In this document: positions 1-9,463 of the stretch, piece after piece | Position numbering within the stretch: position 1 is the stretch's first letter | Layout: the number at the start of each line of letters is the position of its first letter | Source of the DNA: Chloroflexota bacterium | GTDB lineage: Bacteria > Chloroflexota > Dehalococcoidia > Lucifugimonadales > UBA826 | DNA length: 64,000 nucleotides | Assembly (NCBI GenBank): GCA_002722155.1 | Contig: PBKS01000016.1 | Span: forward strand, 1,391-65,390 | Reading direction: 5' to 3' | Translations under genes and position numbers: made by a program | Notes under the pieces: model-generated | What the model saw: the letters and a program-made list of their open reading frames with translations, nothing else | Told to the model about the DNA's origin: nothing | Database searches by the model: none

Positions 1-11
1 ATTTGGTTCTC

Positions 12-1040
12 CTATTGTGGATTCACAGTTCTTACTCGATGGTTCTCACTATCAGCTATGTATATTGTGCCAGAGTGGTCAGTTACTACACCGTGAGGTC
101 GAGCCAGACCTGCCTGAGTAGGTAACCCTCCGTCTCCGCCAGGCCCCTCCGTTCCACCAGCGATAGTGGTAATGATATTACTGTTTTTATCGATAATTCG
201 GAGTGCATGATTTTCAGTGTCTACAACCAGGACATTTCCCTCATTGTCACATCTTATAGCTTTGGGCCCGTTAAATAAGGCATATCTAGCATCTTCACCA
301 TCGCCACTATAACCTTGCTCCCCTGTTCCTGCTATTGTGGTTATTATGCCTTTTTTGTCTATTTTCCGGATGGTATTACCTTCTCGCTCACAAATGTAGG
401 TATTTCCTTCCTTGTCAGTGCAAACGGCCCTTGCCCCATAGATTCCTGCTTTATCAGCGGGACCCCCATCTCCAGTATGTTCTTTTTCACCAGTGCCTGC
501 TAGTGTAGTTATTAATCCGGTTATTGGATCATATTTTCTAATTCTCTGATCTTGAATATCAGCAACCAGTACATTCCCGTCATTATCTATTGCGCAGTCA
601 TTGGGTTCGATCATTGCTGACTGTACCCCAGGTATACCGTCCTTTCCTGAGCCTTCACTACCAGTGCCTGCTACTGTTTTTATCTTATTAGTTGATATTT
701 CAATCATCCTAATTGATGGATTGAATCTTTGGCATATATATACATTACCGTTTTTATCTACTTGTACCGCGTATATTTCGTCTATTGAGGCCTCGTTGGC
801 ATTTCCTCCATCACCGGAATGCCCTTGCTTACCATTACCTGCAAAATTTGTAATAATTCCAGTTCCTAGGTCTAAACGCCTCACTCTAAAATTAAAACAA
901 TCCGCGATGTACAGATATCTCCCAGACGGATCTATTTCTACATGGAATGGATTATCCATTGTAGCTTCTTTGGCTGGGCCGCCGTCACCGCTGTATCCTT
1001 GGTCTCCGGTACCGACTATGCTCTGAATTACCGAACTCAA
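12..1040 (-). CDS. NHL-repeat beta-propeller protein
   Basis: Repeated AGTGxxGYSGDGGPA and IADxxNHRxR NHL blades. TTG start preceded by AAGGAG. Confidence 0.85.
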   Translation of the reverse strand: MSSVIQSIVGTGDQGYSGDGGPAKEATMDNPFHVEIDPSGRYLYIADCFNFRVRRLDLGTGIITNFAGNGKQGHSGDGGNANEASIDEIYAVQVDKNGNVYICQRFNPSIRMIEISTNKIKTVAGTGSEGSGKDGIPGVQSAMIEPNDCAIDNDGNVLVADIQDQRIRKYDPITGLITTLAGTGEKEHTGDGGPADKAGIYGARAVCTDKEGNTYICEREGNTIRKIDKKGIITTIAGTGEQGYSGDGEDARYALFNGPKAIRCDNEGNVLVVDTENHALRIIDKNSNIITTIAGGTEGPGGDGGLPTQAGLARPHGVVTDHSGTIYIADSENHRVRTVNPQ

Positions 1041-1155
1041 ATTGCACTCCTTGAATAATGATTACTTTTTGCCACAAAATATTTTATATCACGAGTAGAA
1101 TATTATAGAAGGAATCATTAAATTTCCAAAATCTTAGGAGAGAAATCCCAAGCGT

Positions 1156-2697
1156 ATGAAAAAAATGTTCATTTCTTTAGGCTTTTCAACTGCTTTGTTG
1201 CTAGGAGCATGTGGTTCATCCCAAGATGTCGACTCCTCCTCAATAATTGAACCGTATAATACCCCTGCAATTATCGTTACCCCTACTGAGATCTACGAAA
1301 TTTCCCCATCTGCCTCCAACGCTCAACTTACAGAGTTACTTGAGACGCCAACTGCGGTTGCCCAATCTTTAGCAAACACCCAGATTCTCGAGTTGCCTGT
1401 AACACCAATCGCTGTTGTTCAGCCGAATCCTTCAGTCCTCGACAGTAGTTCTGATTCAGTGCCGGGAGATTTGAAGACGGTATTTGAAGTTGTTTCAGGT
1501 ATGAAAGATGCTTTGGGCAAAGGATATTCACATCACTCAATTCTGAAAATGAATATGACGATTTCATTTGATGATTATTTGGAAGACATGCCATTGATGA
1601 TGGAGGGTGATGTTCAAAATTCGCGCAATTACAAGGGGTTTACTTCCTTTGAAGAAGATAGTCAGATCAAAATCATTGATCTAGTCGTTATTGATCAAGA
1701 GATTTTTGCTAGGTATCCCAGTGCCAGGTACTGGGTTCAATTTCCAGAAGACCAGTTCCTTATTACCCCCATATCTATTAGTGACCTGGTAAAGCAAGAT
1801 TTAACTGAGTTTGAACTTATTGGTATTGAAAATTCCGGAGGCTTATTGTCGGATCATATAAGTGCCAAATTTGAATCAAGCATTTTGGGTGGACTGTTGC
1901 CGGTATTGAAAAATTCTACTGGTACACTGAATTTGGATATATGGGTTGAATCTGACAGCTCATACATAAGTCGAATTCTAATTGAGGGACTTGCGGTCGG
2001 TGGCCCCGGTGTCAAAGGACCTAATGGAGAGGATATATCGATAAAAGTTGATATAGAGATGTCCTCATGGGATTTTGGGAAACTGGTCAAATTATCTAAG
2101 CCAGATTTACCAGGTACTCCAGAAGCAATGATTTGGGATACGGCACCCAAAATTACGCTAAAGGAAGGTAGAGATTATTTTGCCACTATTGAGATATTTG
2201 AAGGAGGTGAAATGAAGATTGATCTTCTGGAAGAACTAGCTCCAGTAACGGTGAACAATTTTATTTTTCTCTCTGAGCAGGGATATTACGATTGGGTTAC
2301 CTTCCATAGAGTAATTCCAGATTTTATGGCCCAAGGTGGTGATCCTTCTGGTACCGGTAGAGGGGGCCCTGGATATTATATCGATAATGAATTTCACCCT
2401 GATGCCAGACATGATTCCGCAGGGGTAGTGTCGATGGCGAATGCAGGTCTTCTGCCAGATGGACAAGGAACGAATGGAAGTCAATTCTTTATCACGTTCA
2501 TAGAGACGCCCGTTTTGGATGGAATGAATCCGGATGGAACTATGAAGGACTGTAGTCAAGGTTCGTGCCATTCAGTATTTGGAAAAGTCGTGGAAGGCAT
2601 GGATGTGTTAGGTAGCATAGTTCCCCGAGATCCTGCTACTGCCAATTTACCTGGTGATGTAATACGTACGATTAGAATAACATCCGTTCCGAAATAA
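1156..2697 (+). CDS. Lipoprotein with LppX/LprAFG-like middle domain fused to a C-terminal cyclophilin-type peptidyl-prolyl isomerase
   Basis: Lipobox LLLGAC and an S/T/P-rich linker. Cyclophilin motifs APVTVNNF, FHRVIPDFMAQGGDP, SMANAG, NGSQFFIT, HSVFGKV. Confidence 0.8.
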   Translation: MKKMFISLGFSTALLLGACGSSQDVDSSSIIEPYNTPAIIVTPTEIYEISPSASNAQLTELLETPTAVAQSLANTQILELPVTPIAVVQPNPSVLDSSSDSVPGDLKTVFEVVSGMKDALGKGYSHHSILKMNMTISFDDYLEDMPLMMEGDVQNSRNYKGFTSFEEDSQIKIIDLVVIDQEIFARYPSARYWVQFPEDQFLITPISISDLVKQDLTEFELIGIENSGGLLSDHISAKFESSILGGLLPVLKNSTGTLNLDIWVESDSSYISRILIEGLAVGGPGVKGPNGEDISIKVDIEMSSWDFGKLVKLSKPDLPGTPEAMIWDTAPKITLKEGRDYFATIEIFEGGEMKIDLLEELAPVTVNNFIFLSEQGYYDWVTFHRVIPDFMAQGGDPSGTGRGGPGYYIDNEFHPDARHDSAGVVSMANAGLLPDGQGTNGSQFFITFIETPVLDGMNPDGTMKDCSQGSCHSVFGKVVEGMDVLGSIVPRDPATANLPGDVIRTIRITSVPK

Positions 2698-2699
2698 AT

Positions 2700-3299
2700 T
2701 TAGGAAAGTTTTAGGAATTGTTCGCCAAAGACAACTGAATTCTTGAAGCACCTCTTACTTTTTAATTCATCAATGGATTTTATTGGCAATATATTTTCTG
2801 AGGCGTCACTCAGTTTGAGTCTCCAAAACCCAACGTCATACCAGTGTCCATCTTTGTAACCAGCATTGGTCATTAAATAGTCCTCAGTAAAACCAAAATT
2901 TTCGTGTAGTGAAACACTCGGATCGTTTGGTAAGGCAATAACCCCAAAAGCTGAAGTGAATCCTTGTAGTCTTAAACATTCCAGCAAGGAAGCGTAAAGA
3001 GCTTTTCCAACTCCTAAACCATGAGCCGCTTCTCTAACATATACCGTTGTTTCGACTATCCAGTCATAAGCACTTCTGTCTCGAAACCTGCTTCCATAGG
3101 AATAACCCATTACTTCATTTTCATGTTCACAAACTATCCACGGGTACATATTCGACACTTTTTTCATTCGTCCGTACATTTCGGTGCCGTCTGGGGGGGA
3201 GGTTTCGAAGGTAATGGGTGTATTTAACACATAAGGAAGGTAAATGGCCGCCACTTGACGAGCATCTCTTTTGGGATCTGCTAGTCGTATGACGGCCAT
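2700..3299 (-). CDS. GNAT N-acetyltransferase, phosphinothricin acetyltransferase (Pat/YncA) family
   Basis: Motifs ITFETSPP, RSAYDWIVETTVYV, GLGVGKALY, PNDPSVSLHENFGF, GYKDGHWYDV. Confidence 0.85.
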   Translation of the reverse strand: MAVIRLADPKRDARQVAAIYLPYVLNTPITFETSPPDGTEMYGRMKKVSNMYPWIVCEHENEVMGYSYGSRFRDRSAYDWIVETTVYVREAAHGLGVGKALYASLLECLRLQGFTSAFGVIALPNDPSVSLHENFGFTEDYLMTNAGYKDGHWYDVGFWRLKLSDASENILPIKSIDELKSKRCFKNSVVFGEQFLKLS

Positions 3300-3327
3300 T
3301 TACTACTATTATCCTAATGCGGGGGAA

Positions 3328-4257
3328 TTATTCCTTGGGTGTTTGTGGGGGGGCTGGATTGGCCATATCCATCCCAAGGGTTCCAGCAAACATGGCGTCG
3401 ATTTCCTCGACTGTCCACCTGCCATTCTTCCTTAACGTTCGTTCCTCTGTTGGATTGCTCATCAAGGAAATTTGACCTCCTTGGCAATGGAAAACATGAC
3501 CATTCACATCCTTGGCTTCATCAGAGGCTAACCACGCTACCATAGGTGCGACGTCTTCAGGGGCTCTGTTTAATTCCAAGGGTGCCACGGCAGATTGGGC
3601 TGTGATCCCACTTGCAGCCCTAATATCTCTTGCTGATTGAGGAACGGTTTGAGTCATTCTTGAATCTGCACCCGGAGAAATGGCGTTTACAGTAACTCCG
3701 TATCTTCCTAGGTCCCGTGCGACAGCTCTTGTAAATCCTGCTATGCCGTCCTTCGCTGCCCCATAGTTAGCTTGACCAGAGTTTCCGTACAGTCCGGAAG
3801 TGGAAGAAAAATTAATTATCCTTCCGCTCCGTTGCTGCCGGAAAACTATTGACGCTGCTTTCGCTACAGTAAAGGTGCCTTTCAGGTGCACAGCAATAAC
3901 TGCGTCCCATTCTTCCTCTGTCATGTTGAACAGCATTCTGTCTCTTAGTATTCCAGCTACAGCTACAACAATGTCTAATTTGCCAAAGTTATCCAAGGCA
4001 GTTTTCACAATGTTTTCTCCCCCGTCCATTGTTGCCACAGAATCGTAATTAGCAACGGCTTCCCCCCCTGCGGCTTTAATTTCATTTACGACTTCGTCCG
4101 CTGGCGTTGATGAATCTCCGCTGCCATCTACCGCGCCTCCCAGATCGTTTACCACAACCTTTGCACCCTCTTCCGCAAGCAAAAGAGCGATGCCACGCCC
4201 TATACCACGACCAGAACCGGTTACTAATGCTACTTTATCCTTAAGAAGCGTTCCCAT
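3328..4257 (-). CDS. Short-chain dehydrogenase/reductase (MFE-2/3-hydroxyacyl-CoA dehydrogenase-like)
   Basis: TGSGRGIG, VVNDLGG, AGILRDR and catalytic YGAAK. Confidence 0.88.
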   Translation of the reverse strand: MGTLLKDKVALVTGSGRGIGRGIALLLAEEGAKVVVNDLGGAVDGSGDSSTPADEVVNEIKAAGGEAVANYDSVATMDGGENIVKTALDNFGKLDIVVAVAGILRDRMLFNMTEEEWDAVIAVHLKGTFTVAKAASIVFRQQRSGRIINFSSTSGLYGNSGQANYGAAKDGIAGFTRAVARDLGRYGVTVNAISPGADSRMTQTVPQSARDIRAASGITAQSAVAPLELNRAPEDVAPMVAWLASDEAKDVNGHVFHCQGGQISLMSNPTEERTLRKNGRWTVEEIDAMFAGTLGMDMANPAPPQTPKE

Positions 4258-4306
4258 CTTTCTTACTCCTGACTTTTTATACTCTTAAAACGTATGATGC
4301 TTAACA

Positions 4307-5227
4307 TTACTTAGCTGTTTGTGGAGGTGAGGGGTTAACTAAGCCTTGAGTCAGATGCTGTGGAGCTAACTCCCTTAGTTCCTCTACTTCCCATCTTCCT
4401 TGTTTGAAAATTGTTCTAGTTCGTCGAGGCAGAGATAGTTTGGTGATCGCTCCACCATACACGAGGAAAGTTTGACCATTAACGCTAGCTGCTTGATCAG
4501 AAGCTAGATACGCTACGAATGGTGCTACATCTTCTGCTTCCATCTGTGTGGTTGGTGGTGCTGCTTCCCTATCTTCCGGCCTATCTTCCCGTAATTGTCT
4601 AGCAGCATCAGGTACCGATTGAGTCATTCTTGTATTAGCTCTAGGGCAGATAGAATTTGCAGTGACCCCATATCGACCTAGGTCCTTTGCTGCCACCTTG
4701 GTAAAACCTGCGATCCCAGATTTAGCTGCGGCGTAATTACCCTGTCCAGTGTTTCCTATCAAGCCGGATTCTGAGGCAAATGTTATTATCCGTCCACTTC
4801 TTTGCTGACGATACAAGATAGAAGCGTACTTACATATTGTAAAAGTACCTTTCAAATGCACCCTGATTACGTCATCCCATTCTTGCTCAGTCATATTAAA
4901 AATCATTCTATCTCGCAATATTCCTGCGACTGTTACTACAATATCTAACTTGTCGTAGTTATCCAGAGCCGATTTAACGATGCTTTCTCCCCCTTCCATT
5001 GTTGATATATCGGTATAGTTGGGAGTAGCTTCTCCCCCGGCTGATTTAATCTCTTCAACCACTTGTTCTGCTGGGGTATTAGAATTGCCCTCTCCGTCCA
5101 AGGCGGCACCGATATCATTCACGATGACCTTAGCTCCTTCCGAAGCCAGCTGTTTTGCTACACCTGCACCAATGCCTCTGCCAGCTCCTGTGACTATCGC
5201 TACTTTACCGTCTAGGTAATTCGCCAT
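4307..5227 (-). CDS. Short-chain dehydrogenase/reductase, tandem paralog
   Basis: TGAGRGIG, AGILRDR, YAAAK. Start moved to ATG at 5227, which follows an AGGAGG RBS. Confidence 0.88.
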   Translation of the reverse strand: MANYLDGKVAIVTGAGRGIGAGVAKQLASEGAKVIVNDIGAALDGEGNSNTPAEQVVEEIKSAGGEATPNYTDISTMEGGESIVKSALDNYDKLDIVVTVAGILRDRMIFNMTEQEWDDVIRVHLKGTFTICKYASILYRQQRSGRIITFASESGLIGNTGQGNYAAAKSGIAGFTKVAAKDLGRYGVTANSICPRANTRMTQSVPDAARQLREDRPEDREAAPPTTQMEAEDVAPFVAYLASDQAASVNGQTFLVYGGAITKLSLPRRTRTIFKQGRWEVEELRELAPQHLTQGLVNPSPPQTAK

Positions 5228-5384
5228 TTTTTTCCTCCTGAATTTCGTTCGCGAGACAAGAATAGTACTTGCCATTAAAGCGTAACGTCCATTGTGCCAC
5301 AATTGAACATGTCTTGTCATAGTTGGTTTGTTTAAAGGTTTCTAGACTAGAATTAGTAAAAAATGTGGGGTAGCTGTTAACACA

Positions 5385-5867
5385 ATGCACATCGTTTTAT
5401 ATAAACCTGAAATACCATACAACACGGGCAACATAATACGGCTCTGCGCAAATGTTGGTGCGGAGCTGCATCTTATTCACCCTTTAGGATTTGAGCTTAC
5501 GGAGGCCAAACTAAGGAGGGCATCTCTTGATTATTCTGATTTGACCGTGGTTACAGAGCATCAGAATTTGGAAGATTATCGGATTATGTATCCCGAACGG
5601 ATGCTCTATGCGACTTCTGCCAAATCGCATAGATATTACACTGAGATAGAGTTTGGAGATAATGACTCTTATATGTTTGGACCTGAATCCTCTGGTATCC
5701 CGGCCTGCGTTTTAAATACTATTCCAAAAGAGCGACGCTTACTGATTCCCATGAAACCCGGAAACCGGAGTCTGAACATAGCAAATGCGGTTTCTATCAT
5801 TGCTTATGAAGCTTGGAGGCAAAATGATTTTTATCATGCTGGACCGCCAAGGGTAGTGCCAAATTAG
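5385..5867 (+). CDS. trmL: tRNA (cytidine(34)-2'-O)-methyltransferase TrmL (SpoU family)
   Basis: PEIPYNTGNIIRLCA, LRRASLDY, FGPES, RSLNIANAV, YEAWRQ. Confidence 0.9.
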   Translation: MHIVLYKPEIPYNTGNIIRLCANVGAELHLIHPLGFELTEAKLRRASLDYSDLTVVTEHQNLEDYRIMYPERMLYATSAKSHRYYTEIEFGDNDSYMFGPESSGIPACVLNTIPKERRLLIPMKPGNRSLNIANAVSIIAYEAWRQNDFYHAGPPRVVPN

Positions 5868-5893
5868 GAAATTACTAGGAGGAAGGTAAATTT

Positions 5894-6037
5894 ATGGGAC
5901 GCTCTAACTGGCATTATGAACACCCACCGGCCTGTACTTGTGTTAGTTGTGTAGAAAAAAGGCATGCTAATAGACCAGAGGGGATTTTGCAGATGTTTAA
6001 AAGGTTGATGTTTTTCATGAAAAGGAGAAAAAGTTGA
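5894..6037 (+). CDS. Small 47-aa hypothetical protein with an HPPACTCVSC putative metal-binding motif (not in the ORF track)
   Basis: AGGAGG upstream and ATG at 5894. Its TGA overlaps the TTG start of the next gene (TTGA, 4-nt overlap), and it fills the gap in the operon. Confidence 0.65.
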   Translation: MGRSNWHYEHPPACTCVSCVEKRHANRPEGILQMFKRLMFFMKRRKS

Positions 6038-6444
6038 AGCAAATATTACAAACTCACATCGATCAAATGATTATGCATGCGAAGGAACATGATCCCAATG
6101 AATGCTGTGGAATATTGGCCGGAAAGGGTGAATCTGTTACCCGTTTATACAGAGTGAAAAATTCAACTCCAAGCCCGTTCAGATATGTTATGGATCCAAA
6201 AGAACAACTTGAAGTCATGAGAGATGCCGACGAGAATGGTTTGGAACTGATGTATTTTTATCATTCTCATACACATAGTCCTGCTTTCCCATCTGATACA
6301 GATGTCAGAATGGCAGTGGAATCAGGTTGGGTTGATTTTGGCTATGTTCTCGTTTCTTTAGAAGATAAGGATTCGCCGATTGTGAATTTTTTTGTAATAG
6401 ATTCGGAAGGAATCGTTACTAGCGAAGACTATACCGTTGTCTAG
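6034..6444 (+). CDS. JAB/Mov34 (M67) metallopeptidase, Mec/CysO-cysteine peptidase-like
   Basis: PNECCGILAG and JAMM motif YHSHTHSPAFPSDTD. Confidence 0.88.
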   Translation: MKQILQTHIDQMIMHAKEHDPNECCGILAGKGESVTRLYRVKNSTPSPFRYVMDPKEQLEVMRDADENGLELMYFYHSHTHSPAFPSDTDVRMAVESGWVDFGYVLVSLEDKDSPIVNFFVIDSEGIVTSEDYTVV

Positions 6445-7052
6445 ATTTGAGACTCATCGGCGGATAACAGCACAGGACCTTCACTGTGAACGACAGTTCC
6501 TTCTACAATTTCCATTGACATTCGGACCCCTGGGTTTGGGCTGCCCGGAGTTTCACCAAGGGGAAATAATTCCACTTTAGCTTTGCCTGGGTGTAGTTCC
6601 AAGGTCCCCACCGTTCCTAATCGGAGTTCTTTATGCTGTGGGAATGTAATACTTCCTGAATTTATCAAAAGTATGCCATCTCTGAATTCCAAACGTTCCT
6701 GATGAGTATGTCCAGAAATCATGATCTGAACCGGTTTTGGAAACAATTTTTGAAGGTCATCAATGGGCCTAAATTGACCTTCTAGACTGTGGATCATACC
6801 TATCGACCACCCTTCGAGTTCGACTACTTGAACTTCCTTCATTCTAGGATCGGGGATGGGATCATTGTTTCCTGTTGAACAAATCACGGGGGCAAATTGC
6901 TCGCACCAATCGAGAACTATAGGGGAAGTCAGGTCACCACCATGAAAAATCAAATCTACTTCTGAGAGAAATTTACCGGGAAGATCACCTAATTCGTCCA
7001 GTGTTCTGATTCTTCCCGGGAGATGAGTGTCAGTTATTAATCCAATTAGCAT
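6441..7052 (-). CDS. YfcE-type calcineurin-like metallophosphoesterase
   Basis: DTH, HGGD, GNND, GHTH, NSGS motifs. Start moved to MLIGLITDTH. Confidence 0.85.
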   Translation of the reverse strand: MLIGLITDTHLPGRIRTLDELGDLPGKFLSEVDLIFHGGDLTSPIVLDWCEQFAPVICSTGNNDPIPDPRMKEVQVVELEGWSIGMIHSLEGQFRPIDDLQKLFPKPVQIMISGHTHQERLEFRDGILLINSGSITFPQHKELRLGTVGTLELHPGKAKVELFPLGETPGSPNPGVRMSMEIVEGTVVHSEGPVLLSADESQI

Positions 7053-7092
7053 TCGAAGAACTATAGTTTTGAATGAGTCAGTAATCAATAGG

Positions 7093-8127
7093 TTAAGAGC
7101 TAGGATACTGCCCAACTTTACCGAACCATTTATATTTGATGGCAAATATGGAGGTCAACAAAGCATATTGAATTAGTGAAGGGATTATAGTTGAAATAAA
7201 ATCTAGATCTTGATTCAAGGCAATGAACAAAGAGGAACTAGGAATAACGGAATCTTCTAAACCGAGTATTAGGTGGACCCATAAGTTGTTGGCAATATGT
7301 ATGCCGACAGCCAGTTCAATCCCACCGTCCATTAGAGTGATTAGCCCCATAAACATTCCAACGGAAAAAACGGCGAATAGGTAAGGTAAGAGACCGTAAG
7401 ACCAAGGTTCAGGATTAAACAGATGCAACGAAGCAAATATCATGGAAGTTAAAATCAAGATCGCTGTCCGAGATTTAATTAGTAGTGAAAACCCTTGGAG
7501 TAGATAACCCCGGAAAAAGGCTTCTTCTAACCCTGATTGTATGGGCACAAATATTAGAGCGATTAGGGCAATTACCAATAAATCTGACCCGTCTCCCCGA
7601 AATTTTAGTCCTGAGGGATCAGTAATTATATTGGCTAGTAGAGATAATCCTGCCAGTATGAAAAAAATACTTAAAGCAAAAAAGCTTCTTTTGTAATCAA
7701 ATTGAATTCTTTCAGTTAAAACTTGCAGTATGTTTTTGTGATGCAAAGCTTTCAGTAAAATATAAAAACCGCCAGCTCCGATGACAAACGAAAAATGCAT
7801 AAGAAGAAAATTCGGTACCTTGGAATTGCCAGTAACTATGAATGTTTCCATATCGCAGGTGTAACTTCCGAGTTCAACGACGTTGAGAATTCCACAGAAC
7901 CCTACCAATGGAAGCGACCCAATTATTTGCCATATGACTACGAACGTAGCGGTGAATACTACCCATATCCACCAATTGTTTCTTCCAAGAGAGGAGTTAT
8001 CTAAAAAAGAGTTAACCTTGTGCCCTAAATATAGTCCACAAGTTTGACAGTAGGAAGCATTGGGAGAAAATACAATTCCATTACACCTGGTACAGGAAGG
8101 GATATTTTCCATATTTTCTGCATTCAT
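7093..8127 (-). CDS. CPBP (CAAX/Abi) intramembrane metalloprotease with N-terminal zinc ribbon
   Basis: EEAFFRGY, FASLH, HIANN motifs, multiple TM segments and N-terminal CxxC...CxxC. Confidence 0.85.
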   Translation of the reverse strand: MNAENMENIPSCTRCNGIVFSPNASYCQTCGLYLGHKVNSFLDNSSLGRNNWWIWVVFTATFVVIWQIIGSLPLVGFCGILNVVELGSYTCDMETFIVTGNSKVPNFLLMHFSFVIGAGGFYILLKALHHKNILQVLTERIQFDYKRSFFALSIFFILAGLSLLANIITDPSGLKFRGDGSDLLVIALIALIFVPIQSGLEEAFFRGYLLQGFSLLIKSRTAILILTSMIFASLHLFNPEPWSYGLLPYLFAVFSVGMFMGLITLMDGGIELAVGIHIANNLWVHLILGLEDSVIPSSSLFIALNQDLDFISTIIPSLIQYALLTSIFAIKYKWFGKVGQYPSS

Positions 8128-8186
8128 CGTATGAGGGTATCGGACAAATATATTTAGAACAATAAATCAATCTCATAAGTATCGGA

Positions 8187-8215
8187 TTGACTGCTTAAAG
8201 GCCTTGTGCTAACTT
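8187..8215 (+). promoter_or_regulatory. Putative sigma70 promoter of the thiolase/OB-fold operon
   Basis: TTGACT-N17-TAACTT with TG just upstream of the -10 element. Confidence 0.4.
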
Positions 8216-8253
8216 CAGTCCGATTAATAACACGATTCTTTGGGGAATAACTT

Positions 8254-9444
8254 ATGGCACAGACTAGGGAAGCTGCAATTGTTGGAATACATGAATATCC
8301 TCTGAGGGTAGCGCCAGGTGTCAGTGCCTTGCAAATCAAGGCCGCTTCCGCCTCTAAGGCGCTTGAAGATGCCGGACTATCTTGGCAGGACGTTGATGCG
8401 GTTTATGACAACGGGTCTCATCAGAACATAGGTGGACTCGGGATTTCGGAATACTTGGGTCTAAACCCACGGTTGATTGATAATACTAGCGTTGGTGGAA
8501 CTTCCTATGAGTTCCAGGCCCATCACGCGGCTACCATGATAGCTGCCGGCAAAGCGAATGTGGCTTTATTGACCTACGGATCAACGTCTCATTCTGATCG
8601 CAGGGCAATTGGCACCGCAGGGGCAACCGGTCAAGGTTCTCCCACTCCATTTAACAATATGGAGGATCCGTGGGGGATGACGTTGATATCAGGATACGGA
8701 ATGGTTAAGGCTCGCCATATGCATCAATACGGTACCACCAACGAACAATTTGCCGAGATCTCTGTGGCCACTCGCTATCATGCGATGAGGAATCCTGAGG
8801 CAGTTAAAGCAATGACGGATCTTGAGTTCGTAGGTGTTAATGAGATTACAACACAAGATGTTCTGGATTCTAGAATGATCGCTTGGCCTCTACATTTGCT
8901 TGAGTGCTGCATGGTTTCAGATGGTGGTGGGGCAGTAATCATAGCCTCTAAAGAAGTCGCGAGAAATTGTAAAAAACCACCAGTATGGATCATTGGCGGG
9001 GCGGAAGCTACAAAATATAGAGAAAATGGCGGTGATATAACTGTTAGCGCTGGTGGACAGTCTGGCCCTAGGGCTTTTGAGGATGCTGGGGTAACTCCAG
9101 ATGAAATAGATGTCCTTATGGCATACGATTCCTTTTCGATAACTGTCATGTGTATGATCGAAGATTTGGGATTTTGCAAAAAGGGGGAAGGTGGAGATTA
9201 TGTCAGTCAAGGAATACTGAAATTTGATCAAAAGGGAGGACCTGCTCTTAATACCGATGGTGGAGGCCTTTCCTCCAATCACCCAGGTGAAAGAGGTATT
9301 TTTCTATTGTTGGAAGCCGCCCGGCAGTTGAGAGGGGAGTCAAATTCCCAGGTGGAAAATGCCAAACTTGCTGTAGCGGTAGGCAACGGTGGCCAATTGG
9401 GAGCTAGGCACGCCACTTCGCCGACCATTCTTGCAGCCGACTAG
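8254..9444 (+). CDS. Thiolase-like protein (SCP-x/Ltp2-like, lacks nucleophilic Cys)
   Basis: VGGTS in place of CxS, YGTTNEQFA, DGGGAVII, YDSFS, NTDGGGLS, C-terminal VGNGG. Confidence 0.88.
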   Translation: MAQTREAAIVGIHEYPLRVAPGVSALQIKAASASKALEDAGLSWQDVDAVYDNGSHQNIGGLGISEYLGLNPRLIDNTSVGGTSYEFQAHHAATMIAAGKANVALLTYGSTSHSDRRAIGTAGATGQGSPTPFNNMEDPWGMTLISGYGMVKARHMHQYGTTNEQFAEISVATRYHAMRNPEAVKAMTDLEFVGVNEITTQDVLDSRMIAWPLHLLECCMVSDGGGAVIIASKEVARNCKKPPVWIIGGAEATKYRENGGDITVSAGGQSGPRAFEDAGVTPDEIDVLMAYDSFSITVMCMIEDLGFCKKGEGGDYVSQGILKFDQKGGPALNTDGGGLSSNHPGERGIFLLLEAARQLRGESNSQVENAKLAVAVGNGGQLGARHATSPTILAAD

Positions 9445-9463
9445 TAGATTAGGAGAATCACAG

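Noticed and set aside
12-1040. DNA-level repeat array or CRISPR
   Set aside because: The repeats are degenerate protein-level NHL blades. I saw no identical repeat-spacer array anywhere in the window.
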